The notes below the pieces were generated by a model. The model was not told the origin of the DNA, did not search any database, and saw nothing but the letters and a program-made list of their open reading frames with translations. Shown here one piece after another: positions 1-11,589 of a stretch of DNA of 64,000 nt (positions within the stretch are counted from its first letter, which is position 1; every line of letters starts with the position of its first letter). Source of the DNA: Centroscyllium fabricii (taxonomy: Eukaryota); the NCBI GenBank assembly GCA_051313645.2, contig JBNRSN020000014.1:151900001-151964000 (forward strand), given 5' to 3'. The position numbers were made by a program, and so were the translations under genes.

Positions 1-1823
1 ACTGACTGAGACAGGATTGACTGAGAGAGGATTGACTGAGAGAGAACTGACTGAGAGAGAACTGACTGAGAGAGGATTGACTGAGAGAGGATTGACGAAG
101 AGAGGATTGACTGAGAGAGTATTGACTGAGAGAGGATTGACTAAGAGAGGACTGACTGAGAGGATTGACTGAGAGGACTGACTGAGAGAGGATTGACTGA
201 GAGACGATTGACTGAGAGAGGATTCACTGAGAGAGAACTGACTGAGAGAGGACTGACTGAGAGAGGATTGACTGAGAGAGGATTGACTGAGAGAGTATTG
301 ACTGAGAGAGGACTGACTGAGAGAGGATTGACTGAGAGTGGATTGACTGAGAGAGAACTGACTGAGAGAGGACTGACTGAGAGAGAACTGACTGAGAGAG
401 AATTGACTGAGAGAGGATTGACTGAGAGAGGATTGACTGAGAGAGAACTGACTGAGAGAGGATTGACTGAGAGAGAACTGACTGAGAGAGGATTGACTGA
501 GAGAGGATTGACTGAGAGAGGATTGACTGAGAGAGGATTGACTGAGAGAGAACTGACTGAGAGAGAACTGACCGAGGGAGGATTGACTGGGAGAGGATTG
601 ACTGAGAGAGGATTAACTGAGAGAGGATTGACTGAGGGAGGACTGACTGAGAGAGGATTTACTGTGAGAGGATTAACTAAGAGAGGATTGACTGAGAGAG
701 GATTGACTGAGAGAGAACTGACTGAGAGAGAACTGACTGAGAGAGGATTGACTGAGGGAGGATTGACTGAGAGAGGATTGACTGAGAGAGGATTGACTGA
801 GAGAGGACTGAATGAGAGAGGACTGACTGAGGCAGGATTGACTGAGGGAGGACTGACTGAGACAGGATTGACTGAGAGAGGATTGACTGAGAGAGAACTG
901 ACTGAGAGAGAAGTGACTGAGAGAGGATTGACTGAGAGAGGATTGACTGAGAGAGAACTGACTGAGAGAGGACTGACTGAGAGGATTGACTGAGAGAGGA
1001 TTGACTGAGAGAGGATTGACTGAGAGAGGATTGACTGAGAGAGAACTGACTGAGAGAGGATTGACTGAGAGAGAACTGACTGAGAGAGTATAGACTGAGA
1101 GATGACTGACTGAGAGAGGATTGACTGAGAGAGAACTGACTGAGAGAGAACTGACTGAGGGAGGATTGACTGAGAGAGGATTGACTGAGCGAGGATTTAC
1201 TGAGAGAGGATTAACTGAGAGACGATTGACTGAGAGAGGATTGACTGAGAGAGAACTGACTGAGAGAGAACTGACTGAGGGAGGATTGGCTGAGGGAGGA
1301 TTGACTGAGAGAGGATTGACTGCGAGAGGATTGACTGAGAGAGGACTGAATGAGAGAGGACTGACTGAGGCAGGATTGACTGAGGGAGGACTGACTGAGA
1401 GACGATTGACTGAGAGAGGATTGACTGAGAGAGAACTGACTGAGAGAGAACTGACTGAGAGAGGATTGACTGAGAGAGGATTGACTGAGAGAGAACTGAC
1501 TGAGAGAGGACTGACTGAGAGGATTGACTGAGAGAGGATTGACTGAGAGAGGATTGACTGAGAGAGGATTGACTGAGAGAGAACTGACTGAGGGAGGATT
1601 GACTGAGAGAGAACTGACTGAGAGAGGATAGACTGAGAGATGACTGACTGAGAGAGGACTGACTGAGAGAGTTTTGACTGAGGGAGGATTGACTGAGAGA
1701 GGATTGACTGAGGGAGGATTGGCTGAGAGAGGATTGACTGAGAGAGAACTGACTGAGAGAAGATTGACTGAGAGAGAACTGACTGAGAGAGAACTGACTG
1801 AGAGAGAACTGACTGAGAGAGGA
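1..1823. repeat. 15-bp GA-rich minisatellite, left block (continues beyond window)
   Basis: Tandem GACTGAGAGAGGATT with recurrent variants GACTGAGAGAGAACT, GACTGAGGGAGGATT, GACTGAGAGAGGACT and occasional 13-bp units lacking one GA. Confidence 0.99.
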
Positions 1824-3601
1824 GTGTTTTTGCCAGTTCATTTATATAAATGTTAAAAAAAGTCGATGAGATAGACGAGCCCTGTGCCACGTCACGCCCC
1901 TGTGCGAAATATTTTGTTTGTTTATCTCCGATTTTAACTGCACATTTGTTACCTGTGTACTTTGATTTAATCACATCATACGTTTTTCCCCCTATCCCAC
2001 TTTCGATGAGTTTTAGGAATAGACCATCGTGCCAAATAGAATCGAATGCCTTTTGGAAATCGATAAAGCAGGCAAAAATTTTGCTTTTGTTTTGGTGGAC
2101 ATGTTTGTCTATCAGGGTGTGTAGGGTGAAAATATGGTCAGAGGTTCTATAATTTGGTAGGAATCCAATTTGGCTGTTACTCAGGACATTGTGCTCCGTA
2201 AGAAAACTTGTGAGTCTTTTGTTTATGATACTACAGAATACCTTCCCCAGATTACTGCTCACACAGATGCCTCTGTAATTGTTTGGGTCAAGTTTGTCTC
2301 CACTTTTAAATATGGGTGTTATGAGTCCTTTGTTCCAGACTTCAGGGAAGTAACCGACACTCAGAACCAAGTTGAAGAGTTTTAGGATAGCCAATTTCAT
2401 TTTATCATCTGTGTGTTTTAGCATCTCGTTTAGTATGCCATCTGCGCCACCTGCTTTTCTTGGTCGCAGGTCCCTAAGTTTTTCGGATAGCTCTCTTTCA
2501 GTTATTAAGGAGTCTAAGGGGTTTTGGTAATCCTTTATGATCAATTCGAGTTCTTCCAATTTTTTACATATTTGGTCTTGCTCTGGGCTTAGTGTGTGTT
2601 TCTGGTACAATTGTTCAAAATGGTTTTCCCATGTCTCACCATTTTGAATGGGCAGTTCGTCTTGTTGCTTTTTGTGTAATGTGTTCCAGTTGTCCCAGAA
2701 ACTATTTGAATCAATAGATTCTTCAATGTCACTGAGTTTTTCCTTAACATACTGTTCTTTCTTAGTTCTGAGTGTGTTTTTATATTGTGTTAGTGCCTGA
2801 CAATAGGCAAGGCGTAATTCCTCATTTTTTGGTTGTCTATGCTTTTGGTTTGATATATTTCTGAGTTTTTTCCTCATGTTATGACAGTCCGAATCAAACC
2901 ATTTCTCGTGGTTTCGTGTCTTGGACTTATTCTGGGAAAAGAATTTCAAGTCGGACATTGATGCCAATTTATCAAAAATATTATTAATGTTGTTCACTGC
3001 CAGGTTTACGCCTTCTTTATTGTGGGTGTATGTGTTTTCTAGAAAGGTGCCTAAGAGCGATTGAGTTGATTGACTGCTAATTGCTTTTTGGTATTTTTCA
3101 GTGCTGTTTTGGGCCCATGTGTATGATTTTTTAATTTTGTACAGCTTACTGGGCTGTGTTTCTGTGATGGTTGTTTCCGCTCTTTTGATATACGCAGTAA
3201 TTTGGCTGTGATCTGACAGAGGTGTTTGCGGTTTGACTGTGAAAAGAGGATGGATCCAGATCCGTAATCATATAGTCTACGGTGCTGGTGCCAAGAAGTG
3301 AAGAGTAGGTTGCTCTTCCTAGGGAGTCCCCTCTGAGCCTACCGTTGACAATGTACAGCCCCAGGCTTCGACAGAGCTGCAGGAGCTGTTTTCCATATGC
3401 GTTTGTTTGTTTGTCATAATTGTTCCTGTGTGAGTGGGAAGGGAGATCAAAATGATTATTCCCAAAAATGTAACTATTCCCCCTAGAACTGATAAAGTCT
3501 GGTTCTTCACCATAATGTGGAGGTGCCGGTGTTGGACTGGGGTGGACAAATGCAAAAAGTCACACAACACCAGATTTATAGTCCAACGGTTTTATTTTAA
3601 A

Positions 3602-3639
3602 TCACAAGCTTTCGGAGCTTTTGCCCCTTCGTCAGGTGA
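3602..3639 (-). ncRNA. Minimal type-I hammerhead ribozyme motif (PLE-type)
   Basis: Minus strand reads UCAC-CUGACGA-A-GGGGC-AAAA-GCUCC-GAAA-GC-UU-GUGA: helix I UCAC/GUGA, core CUGANGA and GAAA, 5-bp helix II, helix III reduced to the palindrome AAGCUU. Confidence 0.72.
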
Positions 3640-3660
3640 ACAAAGAGAGTCTCTCTTTGT

Positions 3661-3698
3661 TCACCTGACGAAGGGGCAAAAGCTCCGAAACCTTGTGA
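3661..3698 (+). ncRNA. Second hammerhead motif in the opposite arm, with a substituted helix III region
   Basis: TCAC-CTGACGA-A-GGGGC-AAAA-GCTCC-GAAA-CC-TT-GTGA; identical to the other copy except AAGCTT>AACCTT. Confidence 0.62.
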
Positions 3699-4279
3699 TT
3701 TAAAATAAAACCGTTGGACTATAAATCTCTTGTTGTGTGACTTTTTGCATTGGTTCTTCACCAGTTCTTGCGTTTAGGTCCCCGCAGATCAACACGTTTC
3801 CCAGGGCCTGGAAATGGTTAATCTCTCTCTCAATAGTGGGGAAGGTGTCCTCTTTGGAGTATGGGGATTCTATAGGGGGGATATAGATTGCGCAGATGAA
3901 AACATCCTGCCTGCTCGAGATTATGTCTTTCTTCATCTTGAGCCATATATGATTTTCGCCCTTTTTTATAAATTCAATGCAATTGCTGATCTCTGCTTTA
4001 AGCCAAATCAACATGCCTCCGGAGTCTCTGCCCTGGGTTACTCCTGGCAGTTTATTGGAGGGCACTGACAGCTCTGTGTACCCGGGGGGACACCCAGTGG
4101 ACCCTTCTCCTCTACACCAGGTTTCCTGCAAAAAAATTATGTCCAGATCTTTGATTTCCTGTAAGAACTCTGGGGTCCTGCTTTTCAGACCAGACACATA
4201 AGAGCGTAGGCCTTGAATGTTCCAGGTTGAGATGCGTAATGAATCCATGTTAATGTGAGTCATCATTTTAAAAAAAAAA

Positions 4280-5327
4280 TTACTGTGTGGGGAGGCGGGA
4301 GCAGATGATGTTTAGCATCCGCTGAATGTCCCTCCATGTGTTGTCTCTGCCTTCAGTATTTCCCACTACCTGGGCATAGCTCCGACTGTTGGGTTGGAAT
4401 TCCTGCTGCTGGGGTGGTCCTGTCAGCCTTGGGGCATGGGTTAGTGTTGCCCTGTCAATATTGCTGTGCTCTGTTGCACCGGGTCTTGGTAGCAGTGGTG
4501 GTAGTCTCCGCATTGGTCCTTGGCTGTACCCCGCTGGTCTCTGGTGGCCTGGGGGTCTTTTTTCTCTTTGATTCTGGGTGTGGACCCGTTTAAAAGCAAT
4601 GTCCTTCAGGGCCTTGGCAAAGACAGGTACTATCTCCTTGTAGAGATGAACGTGATCGTAAAGGCATTCCTCCCCCAGGGTGGGATGTTGAGCTACGCAC
4701 ACGTTTTGTTTTGCTGCGCAGACCCGTGATATGCTGCGATTTATCGTGCGGATTGTTTCTGGGTGAAAGCCTGTTCTCGGCAGCAGTGTGGAAACAGTGA
4801 TCTGTGTTTGTGGGAAGGTGGTGCTTGCTTTCTTGATCACTGACTTGAGGGAATCTGCCACCCTCTCCTGCTGGGCCCTTAGGTCGTTTGTGCCAGTGTG
4901 TATAATAATGTGTTTGGGGTGGCCTAAGAGGCTTGTGGACAGCAATTCCAGGGCTTTTTTTGATGTTGGGCACTTGATTTTGGCCACTTTATAATTAGGG
5001 AAGAGCATTTCCTCTCTGAGGTATTTCCCGTTTGAATCTATAAGTAGGACAATGTCCGCCTTGTCGGTGTTCGCCAGCTGATGTCTCCCACTTTGACTTT
5101 CCGGATGTGTGCTGGGCTGGGGGGATTTTGGCTGTTGTGTGCGCTCCTCCTGAGAGGTGGAGGCTGAGCGACTGATTGTGATTCCGAAGTGGGGGTGGCT
5201 GTCTCTTTTTCAGTGTTCTGGTTTGTCTGTATCACGCTCTCTGTAATGTGGGTTTGCTGCTGTTGAGCGGTGGTAGGGTGCGGCTCCCCCTTGGTGGGGT
5301 TCTGCTCTGGACTGGCTCTGGCCTCTC
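4280..5327 (-). pseudogene. LINE ORF1 C-terminal part, SGNH/GDSL esterase-like domain (5'-truncated)
   Basis: The frame of ORF 4280-5008 extends upstream through DIVLLIDSNGKYL (block I), then IIIHTGTNDL (block III) and DHVHL (block V). That frame closes at 5210-5212; the upstream P/Q/T-rich linker (ORF 5038-5337) is in another frame, implying a frameshift. Stop lies 13 nt before the first ORF2 ATG. Confidence 0.82.
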
Positions 5328-6694
5328 TTTTTAACATTTATATAAATGAACTGGCAAAAACACTGGAACAATCTACAGCACCTGGCCTCGCCCTACATGA
5401 CTCCGAGGTTAAATTCCTCCTGTATTCAGATGATCTGGTTCTGCTGTCACCGACAGAAGAGGGTCTACGGCAGAACCTTGATCGGTTAGAGTCATTCTGC
5501 CAGAATTGGGACTTGAAAATAAACCCCCAAAAAAACAAAGTTCTTGTGTTCCAGCAAAGATCCAGACATCAGGGAACCAAAACAAACTTCACACTAGGAG
5601 CAACAAAAATTGAACAAACTACAAACTACACATACTTAGGCTTAAAAATCAGTTCCATGGGAAATTTTCACTTGGCTGTGAACGAACTGAAAGAGAAAGT
5701 GAGAAGGGCATTCTATGCCATTAAGAAGTCAATCCAAATAGAAATTCCACCTGGCATTTGGATCAAAATGTTTAATTCAGTAATTGAACCAATTGCACTT
5801 TATGGCAGCGAGGTGTGGGGTCTGCTAACACACCACGAATTTGCAAAATGGGACAAACACCCAATTGAGACCCTGCATGCTGAGTTCTGTAAGAGTATCC
5901 TTCGGGCTCAGAGGAAAACCACAAACAATGCATGCAGGGCAGAGTTAGGCCAATACCCACTATTAATTAATATCCAAAAAAGAGCAAACAATATTTGGAA
6001 ACATCTAAAATTGAGCAACCCCCACAGTTATCACTACAAAGCCCTGAAATGCCAAGAAGCGAACATAAAGAGAAGTCCCCTCAGCCAACTAGTCCTGGGA
6101 CTTAGCGAAGTAACTACTAACACTACTGTTAACAACCAACTTAGCGGAGAAACTACTAACACTACTGGTAACAACCAGCCCCTGGACAGTGACGTCCTAG
6201 CACTCAGAATCCGACCCAACACAATTATTACTAAACAAAAAGAAAAATACCTGAATTACTGGACAGAAATGACAAAAACTCAAAACAAACTAGATTGTTA
6301 TTTGGCCCTAAACAGACAGTACACCATGGCTGATTACCTGTCCATGGTGAAAGATAGCAAACTGAGAAAAACCCTGACAATGTACAGACTTTGCGAGCAC
6401 AGCCTAGCCATCGAAAAAGGCAGACACAGAAAGACTTGGCTGCCCAGAGAGGAAAGGCTGTGCTCCCACTGCAGTCAGGGAGTGGTGGAGACAGAGCTGC
6501 ACTTCCTCACAACTTGCGAAAATTATCAGGGAATAAGGGGAAATTTCTTCCCAAAATTTGCAACAACATGCCCTGAATTCAAAAATTTGAACGACCACCA
6601 AAAACTCCCATACCTATTGGGGGAACAGAGGGACTGTGTAAAATTAGCGGCAAACTACGTCACAGCTTGCCATAAGCAGAGGGACAACCAGTGA
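5328..6694 (+). pseudogene. LINE ORF2 3' part: RT catalytic region and C-terminal Cys/His domain
   Basis: FNIYINELAKTL, LLYSDDLVLL, YTYLGL, LYGSEVWG, ACRAELG, IEKGRH..ERLCSHC..ETELHFLTTC; open to the stop at 6694. Confidence 0.93.
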
Positions 6695-6722
6695 CCATTG
6701 AAGCTACGAAGAGCATACAAGC

Positions 6723-6999
6723 TCTATATGCGGGTATATATGTATGTGTGTGCATAGCTATTCGTTCAATACGGCCGGTTATGCATTTGTATGTCCAATC
6801 GTATAAGTTCTTTCTAGATCTATATGCGGCTTTTTATGTGTATGTGTATGCATAGTTATTCATTCAATACGTCTGGTTATGCATTTGTATGTCCAACTTT
6901 ATTAGATCTATATGCGGGTTTTTATGTGTATGTGTATGCATAGTTATTCATTCAATATGTCTAGTTATGCATTTGTATGTCCAACTGTATATGTTCTTT
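6723..6999 (+). repeat. Three imperfect ~90-bp tandem repeats in the LINE 3' UTR
   Basis: Units start TCTATATGCGG at 6723, 6819 and 6907 and share GCATAG..ATTC..TCAATA..GTTATGCATTTGTATGTCCAA. Confidence 0.9.
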
Positions 7000-7003
7000 T
7001 TTG

Positions 7004-7073
7004 TGCTTTGGCAACATAGAATGTATCTTGTCATGCCAATAAAGCAATCTGAATTAAATTGAATTGAATTGAA
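7004..7073 (+). other. LINE 3' terminus: stem-loop, AATAAA, (ATTGA)n tail
   Basis: TTGGCA (7008-7013) pairs with TGCCAA (7034-7039); AATAAA at 7038-7043; TGAATTAAATTGAATTGAATTGAA tail. Confidence 0.85.
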
Positions 7074-10000
7074 AGAGGATTGACTGCGAGAGGACTGACT
7101 GAGAGAGGATTGACTGAGGGAGGATTGACTGAGAGAGGATTGACTCAGAGAGGATTGACTGAGGGAGGATTGAATGAGAGAGGATTGACTGAGGGAGGAT
7201 TGACTGAGAGGGGATTGACTGAGGGAGAACTTACTGAGGGAGAACTGACTGAGAGACGATTGACTGAGAGAGGACTGACTGAGAGAGGACTGACTGAGAG
7301 ACGATTGAAATAGGGAGGATTGACTGAGAGAGAACTGATTGAGAGAGGATTGACTGAGGGAGGATTGACTGAGAGGATTGAGTGAGAGAGGACTGACTGA
7401 GAGAGAACTGACTGAGGGAGGACTGACTGAGAGAGGATTGACTGAGAGAGGACTGACTGAGAGAAAACTGACTGAGAGAGGACTGACTGAGAGAGGATTG
7501 ACTGAGGGAGGATTGACTGAGAGAGGATTGACTGAGAGAGAACTTACTGACAGAGGATTGACTGAGGGAGGATTGACTGAGAGAAGATTGACTGAGGGAG
7601 GATTGACTGAGAGAGAACTGACTGAGAGAGGATTGACTGAGAGAGGATTGACTGAGGGATGATTGACTGAGAGAGAACTGACTGAGAGAGGATTGACTGA
7701 GGGAGGATTGACTGAGAGAGGATTGACTGAGAGAGAACTGACTGAGAGAGGATTGACGGAGGGAGGATTGACTGAGAGAGGATTGTCTGAGAGAGAACTG
7801 ACTGAGAGAGGATTGACTGAGAGAGGATTGACTGTGAGAGGATTGACTGAGGGAACATTGACTGAGAGAGAACTGACTGAGAGAGGATTGACTGAGGGAG
7901 GATTGACTGCGAGAGGATTGACTGAGGGAAGATTGACTGAGAGAGGATTGACTGAGAGAGAACTGACTGAGAGAGGATTGACTGAGAGAGGATTGACAGA
8001 GGGAGGATTGACTGAGAGAGGGTTGACTGAGGGAGGACTGACTGAGAGAGAACTGACTGAGAGAGGATTGACTGAGAGAGGATTGACTGAGGGAGGATTG
8101 ACTGAGAGAGGATTGACTGAGAGAGGACTGACTGAGAGAGAACTGACTGAGGGACGACTGACTGAGAGAGGATTGACTAAGAGAGAACTGATGGAGGGAG
8201 GATTGACTGAGAGAGGATTGACTGAGAGAGGATTGACTGAGGGAGGATTGACTGAGAGAGGATTGACTGAGAGAGAACCTACTGAGAGAGACCTGACTGA
8301 GAGGATTGACTGAGAGAGGATTGACTGAGAGGGGATTGACTGAGAGAGAAGTGACTGAGAGAGGAATGACTGAGAGAGGATTGACTGAGAGAGGATTGAC
8401 TGAAGGAGGATTGACTGAGAGAAGATTGACTGAGGGAGAACTGATTGAGGGAGAACTGACAGAGAGAGAACTGACTGAGAGAGGATTGACTGAGGGAGGA
8501 TTGACTGAGAGAGGATTGACTCAGAGAGGATTGACTGAGGGAGGATTGAATGAGAGAGGATTGACTGAGGGAGAATTGACTGAGGGAGAACTGACTGAGG
8601 GAGAACTGACAGAGAGAGAATTGACTGAGAGAGGATTGACTGAGAGAGGATTGACTGCGGAAGAACTGACTGAGAGAGGACTGACTGAGAGAGGATTGAC
8701 TGAGAGAACTGACTGAGAGAGAACTGACTGAGAGAGGATTGACTGCGAGAGGATTGACTGCGAGAGGATTGACTGAGAAAGGATTGACTGAGAGAGGATT
8801 GACTGAGAGGATTGACTGAGAGATGATTGACTGAGGGAGAACTGACTGAGAGACGATTGACTGAGAGGATTGACTGAGAGACGACTGACTGAGAGAGAAC
8901 TGACTGAGGGAAGATTGACTGAGAGTGGATTGACTGAGAGAGGATTGACTGAGAGAGAATTGACTGAGAGAGGATTGACTGAGAGAGGACTGACTGAGAG
9001 AGGATTGACTGAGAGAGGATTGACTGAGAGAGAACTGACTGAGAGAGAACTGACTGAGAGAGAACTGACTGAGAGAGGACTGACTGAGAGAAGATTGACT
9101 GAGAGAGGATTGACTGAGAGAGGACTGACTGAGAGAGAACTGACTGAGAGAGGATTGACTGAGAGAGGATTGACTGAGAGAACTGACTGAGAGAGAACTG
9201 ACTGAGAGAGGATTGTCTAAGAGAGGATTGACTGAGAGAGGACTGACTGAGGGAGAACTGACTGAGAGAGGACTGACTGAGTGAGGATTGACTGAGAGAG
9301 GATTTACTGAGAGAGGACTGAGAGAGGATTTACTGAGAGAGGATTGACTGAGAGAGGATTGACTGAGAGAGGATTGACTGAGGGAGAACTGAATGAGGGA
9401 GAACTGACTGAGAGAGGATTGACTGAGAGAGGACTGACTGAGTGAGGATTGACTGTGAGACAATTGACTGACAGAGGATTGACTGAGAGAGGATTGACTG
9501 AGGGAGGATTGACTGAGAGAAGATTGACTGAGAGAGGATTGACTGACAGAGGATTGACTGACAGAGAATTGACTGAGAGAACTGACTGAGAGAGAACTGA
9601 CTGAGAGAGGATTGACTGAGAGAGGATTGACTGAGAGAAAACTGACTGAGAGAGGATTGACTGAGAGAGAACTGACTGAGAGAGGATTGATTGAGAGAGG
9701 ATTTACTGAGAGAGGACTGAGAGAGGATTGACTGAGAGAGGATTGTCTAAGAGAGGATTGACTGAGGGAGAACTGACTGAGAGAGGATTGACTGAGAGAG
9801 GACTGACTGAGAGAGGACTGACTGTGAGACGATTGACTGACAGAGGATTGACTGAGAGAGGATTGACTGAGGGAGGATTGACTGAGAGAAGATTGACTGA
9901 GAGAGGACTGACTGATATAGGATTGACTGAGAGAGGATTGACTGACAGAGGATTGACTGAGAGAGGATTGACTGAGAGAACTGACTGAGAGAGAACTGAC

Positions 10001-11255
10001 TGAGAGAGGATTGACTGAGAGAGGATTGACTGAGAGAGAACTGACTGAGAGAGGATTGACTGAGAGAGAACTGATTGAGAGAGGATTGATTGAGAGAGGA
10101 TTGACTGAGAGAGGACTGACTGAGAGAGGATTGACTGAGAGAGGACTGACTGAGAGAGGATTGACTGAGAGAGGATTGACTGAGAGAGGACTGACTGAGA
10201 GAGGATTGACTGAGGGAGAACTGACTGAGGGAGAACTGACTGAGAGAGCATTGACTGAGAGAGGACAGACTGAGAGAGGACTGACTGAGAGAGGATTGAC
10301 TGAGAGAGGATTGACTGAGAGTGGATTGACTGAGGGAGAACTGACTGAGAGAGCATTGACTGAGAGAGGACAGACTGAGAGAGGACTGACTGAGAGAGGA
10401 TTGACTGAGAGAGGATTGACTGAGAGTGGATTGACTGAGGTAGGATTGACTGAGAGAATATTGACTGAGAGATGACTGACTGAGAGAAGATTGACTGATG
10501 GAGGATTGACTGAGAGAGGATTGACTGAAAGAGGATTGACTGAGAGAGGATTGACTGAGAGAGGATTGACTGAGAGAACTGGCTGAGAGAGAACTGACTG
10601 AGAGAGGATTGACTGAGAGAGGATTGACTGAGAGTGCATTGACTGAGAGAACTGACTGAGAGAGAACTGACTGAGAGAGGATTGACTGAGAGATGATTGA
10701 CTGAGAGAACTGACTGAGAGAGGATTGACTGAGAGAGGAATGACTGAGAGGGGATTGACTGAGAGAGAACTGCCTGAGAGAGGATTGACTGAGAGAGGAT
10801 TGACTGAGAGAGGATTGACTGAGGGAGGATTGACTGAGGGAGGATTGACTGAGAGAGAACTGACTGAGAGATGACTGACTGAGGGAGGTTTGACTGAGAG
10901 AGAACTGACTGAGAGAGTATTTACTGAGGGAGGATTGACTGCGGGAGGATTGACTGAGGCAGGATTGACTGAGGGAGGATTGACTGAGAGAGGATTGACT
11001 GAGAGAGAACTGACTGAGGGAGAATTGACTGAGAGAGAACTGACTGAGAGAGAACTGACTGAGAGGAGATTGACTGAGAGAGAACTGACTGAGGGAGGAC
11101 TGACTGAGAGAGGATTGACTGAGAGAGGATTGACTGAGGGAGGATTGACTGAGAGAGGATTGACTGAGGGAGGATTGACTGAGAGAAGATTGACTGAGAG
11201 AGAACTGACTGAGAGAGGATTGAATGAGAGAGGATTGACTGAGGGAGGATTGACT

Positions 11256-11589
11256 CATATTAATATCATATGTCTGGGAGAAACACCAAAACTTCTCGAG
11301 TTAGCTGCAGAAGACGTGACAGCATGCCATGACGCAAGAGAACACTTGAACATTGGACATCCCAGTCCCAATCAGATCACAGTTAAACCACTGTGACAAA
11401 CTGCGTTTAAACTATATATCTCTTAATATAATTACGGATGCTGTTATATATATTCTGTTTGTACTGTTGTTATTATATCTATTAATATACTATTTTTTAA
11501 TGTATATTACAATGCTTTGGCAACAAAGGTTGATAACATTCATGCCAATAAATCTTTTTGAATTTGAATTTGAATTTGAATTTGAATTT
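11256..11589 (+). mobile_element. 334-bp 3' fragment of a second RTEX-like LINE family, copy 1
   Basis: Encodes LGETPKLLELAAEDVTACHDARE, which aligns with the C-terminus LGEQRDCVKLAANYVTACHKQRD of the 5328-6694 ORF; ends GCTTTGGCAAC..CATGCCAATAAA and (TTTGAA)n. Satellite phase implies a 9-bp TSD GGATTGACT (11247-11255 / 11590-11598). Confidence 0.88.

Larger units (their letters stand above)
3513..3750 (-). mobile_element. Penelope-like element terminal-repeat (pLTR) fragment in inverted-repeat configuration
   Basis: Flanked by 13-bp direct repeat TGGTTCTTCACCA (3500-3512, 3751-3763); removing it restores the APE frame (TGEEP-DFISSRG). 101-bp inverted arms 3549-3649 / 3651-3751 plus a 36-bp unpaired extension 3513-3548. 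Each arm has a hammerhead motif followed by AATAAA. Confidence 0.78.
1824..4266 (-). pseudogene. LINE ORF2 5' part: APE endonuclease plus N-terminal RT, disrupted
   Basis: APE motifs WNIQGL, FLQETW, IYIPP, GDLNARTG, VDY and SDH (3208-3216). RT motifs GADGI, NYRGI, QIGF, FIDFQKAFDSI, QG..FNIYIN. Interrupted by the 3513-3750 insertion and by an apparent frameshift near 3240; ends at the inversion breakpoint. Confidence 0.92.
1824..7073 (+). mobile_element. RTEX-like non-LTR retrotransposon, 5'-truncated with 5' inversion (inverted part ~1824-5327, forward part ~5328-7073)
   Basis: Minus strand carries ORF1, APE and the first half of RT; plus strand carries the second half of RT, a C-terminal Cys/His motif, 3' UTR, AATAAA and (ATTGA)n tail. 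Probable TSD TGAGAGAGGA (1814-1823) / TGAAAGAGGA (7070-7079). Clade call rests on the esterase ORF1 and the IEKGR..ERLCxxC..ETELHF..C motif. Confidence 0.9.

Noticed and set aside
673-2997. 774-aa RT-repeat fusion ORF
   Set aside because: Chance read-through from the inversion breakpoint at 1824 into stop-free satellite; lacks the RT catalytic motif.
5270-5327. Apparent N-terminus of the 474-aa plus-strand ORF
   Set aside because: Antisense of inverted ORF1; RT homology starts only at ~5328.
1823-5364. 37-bp inverted repeats as TIRs of a DNA transposon or invertible segment
   Set aside because: The repeat is RT coding sequence, there is no transposase or recombinase, and the geometry fits a LINE inversion junction.
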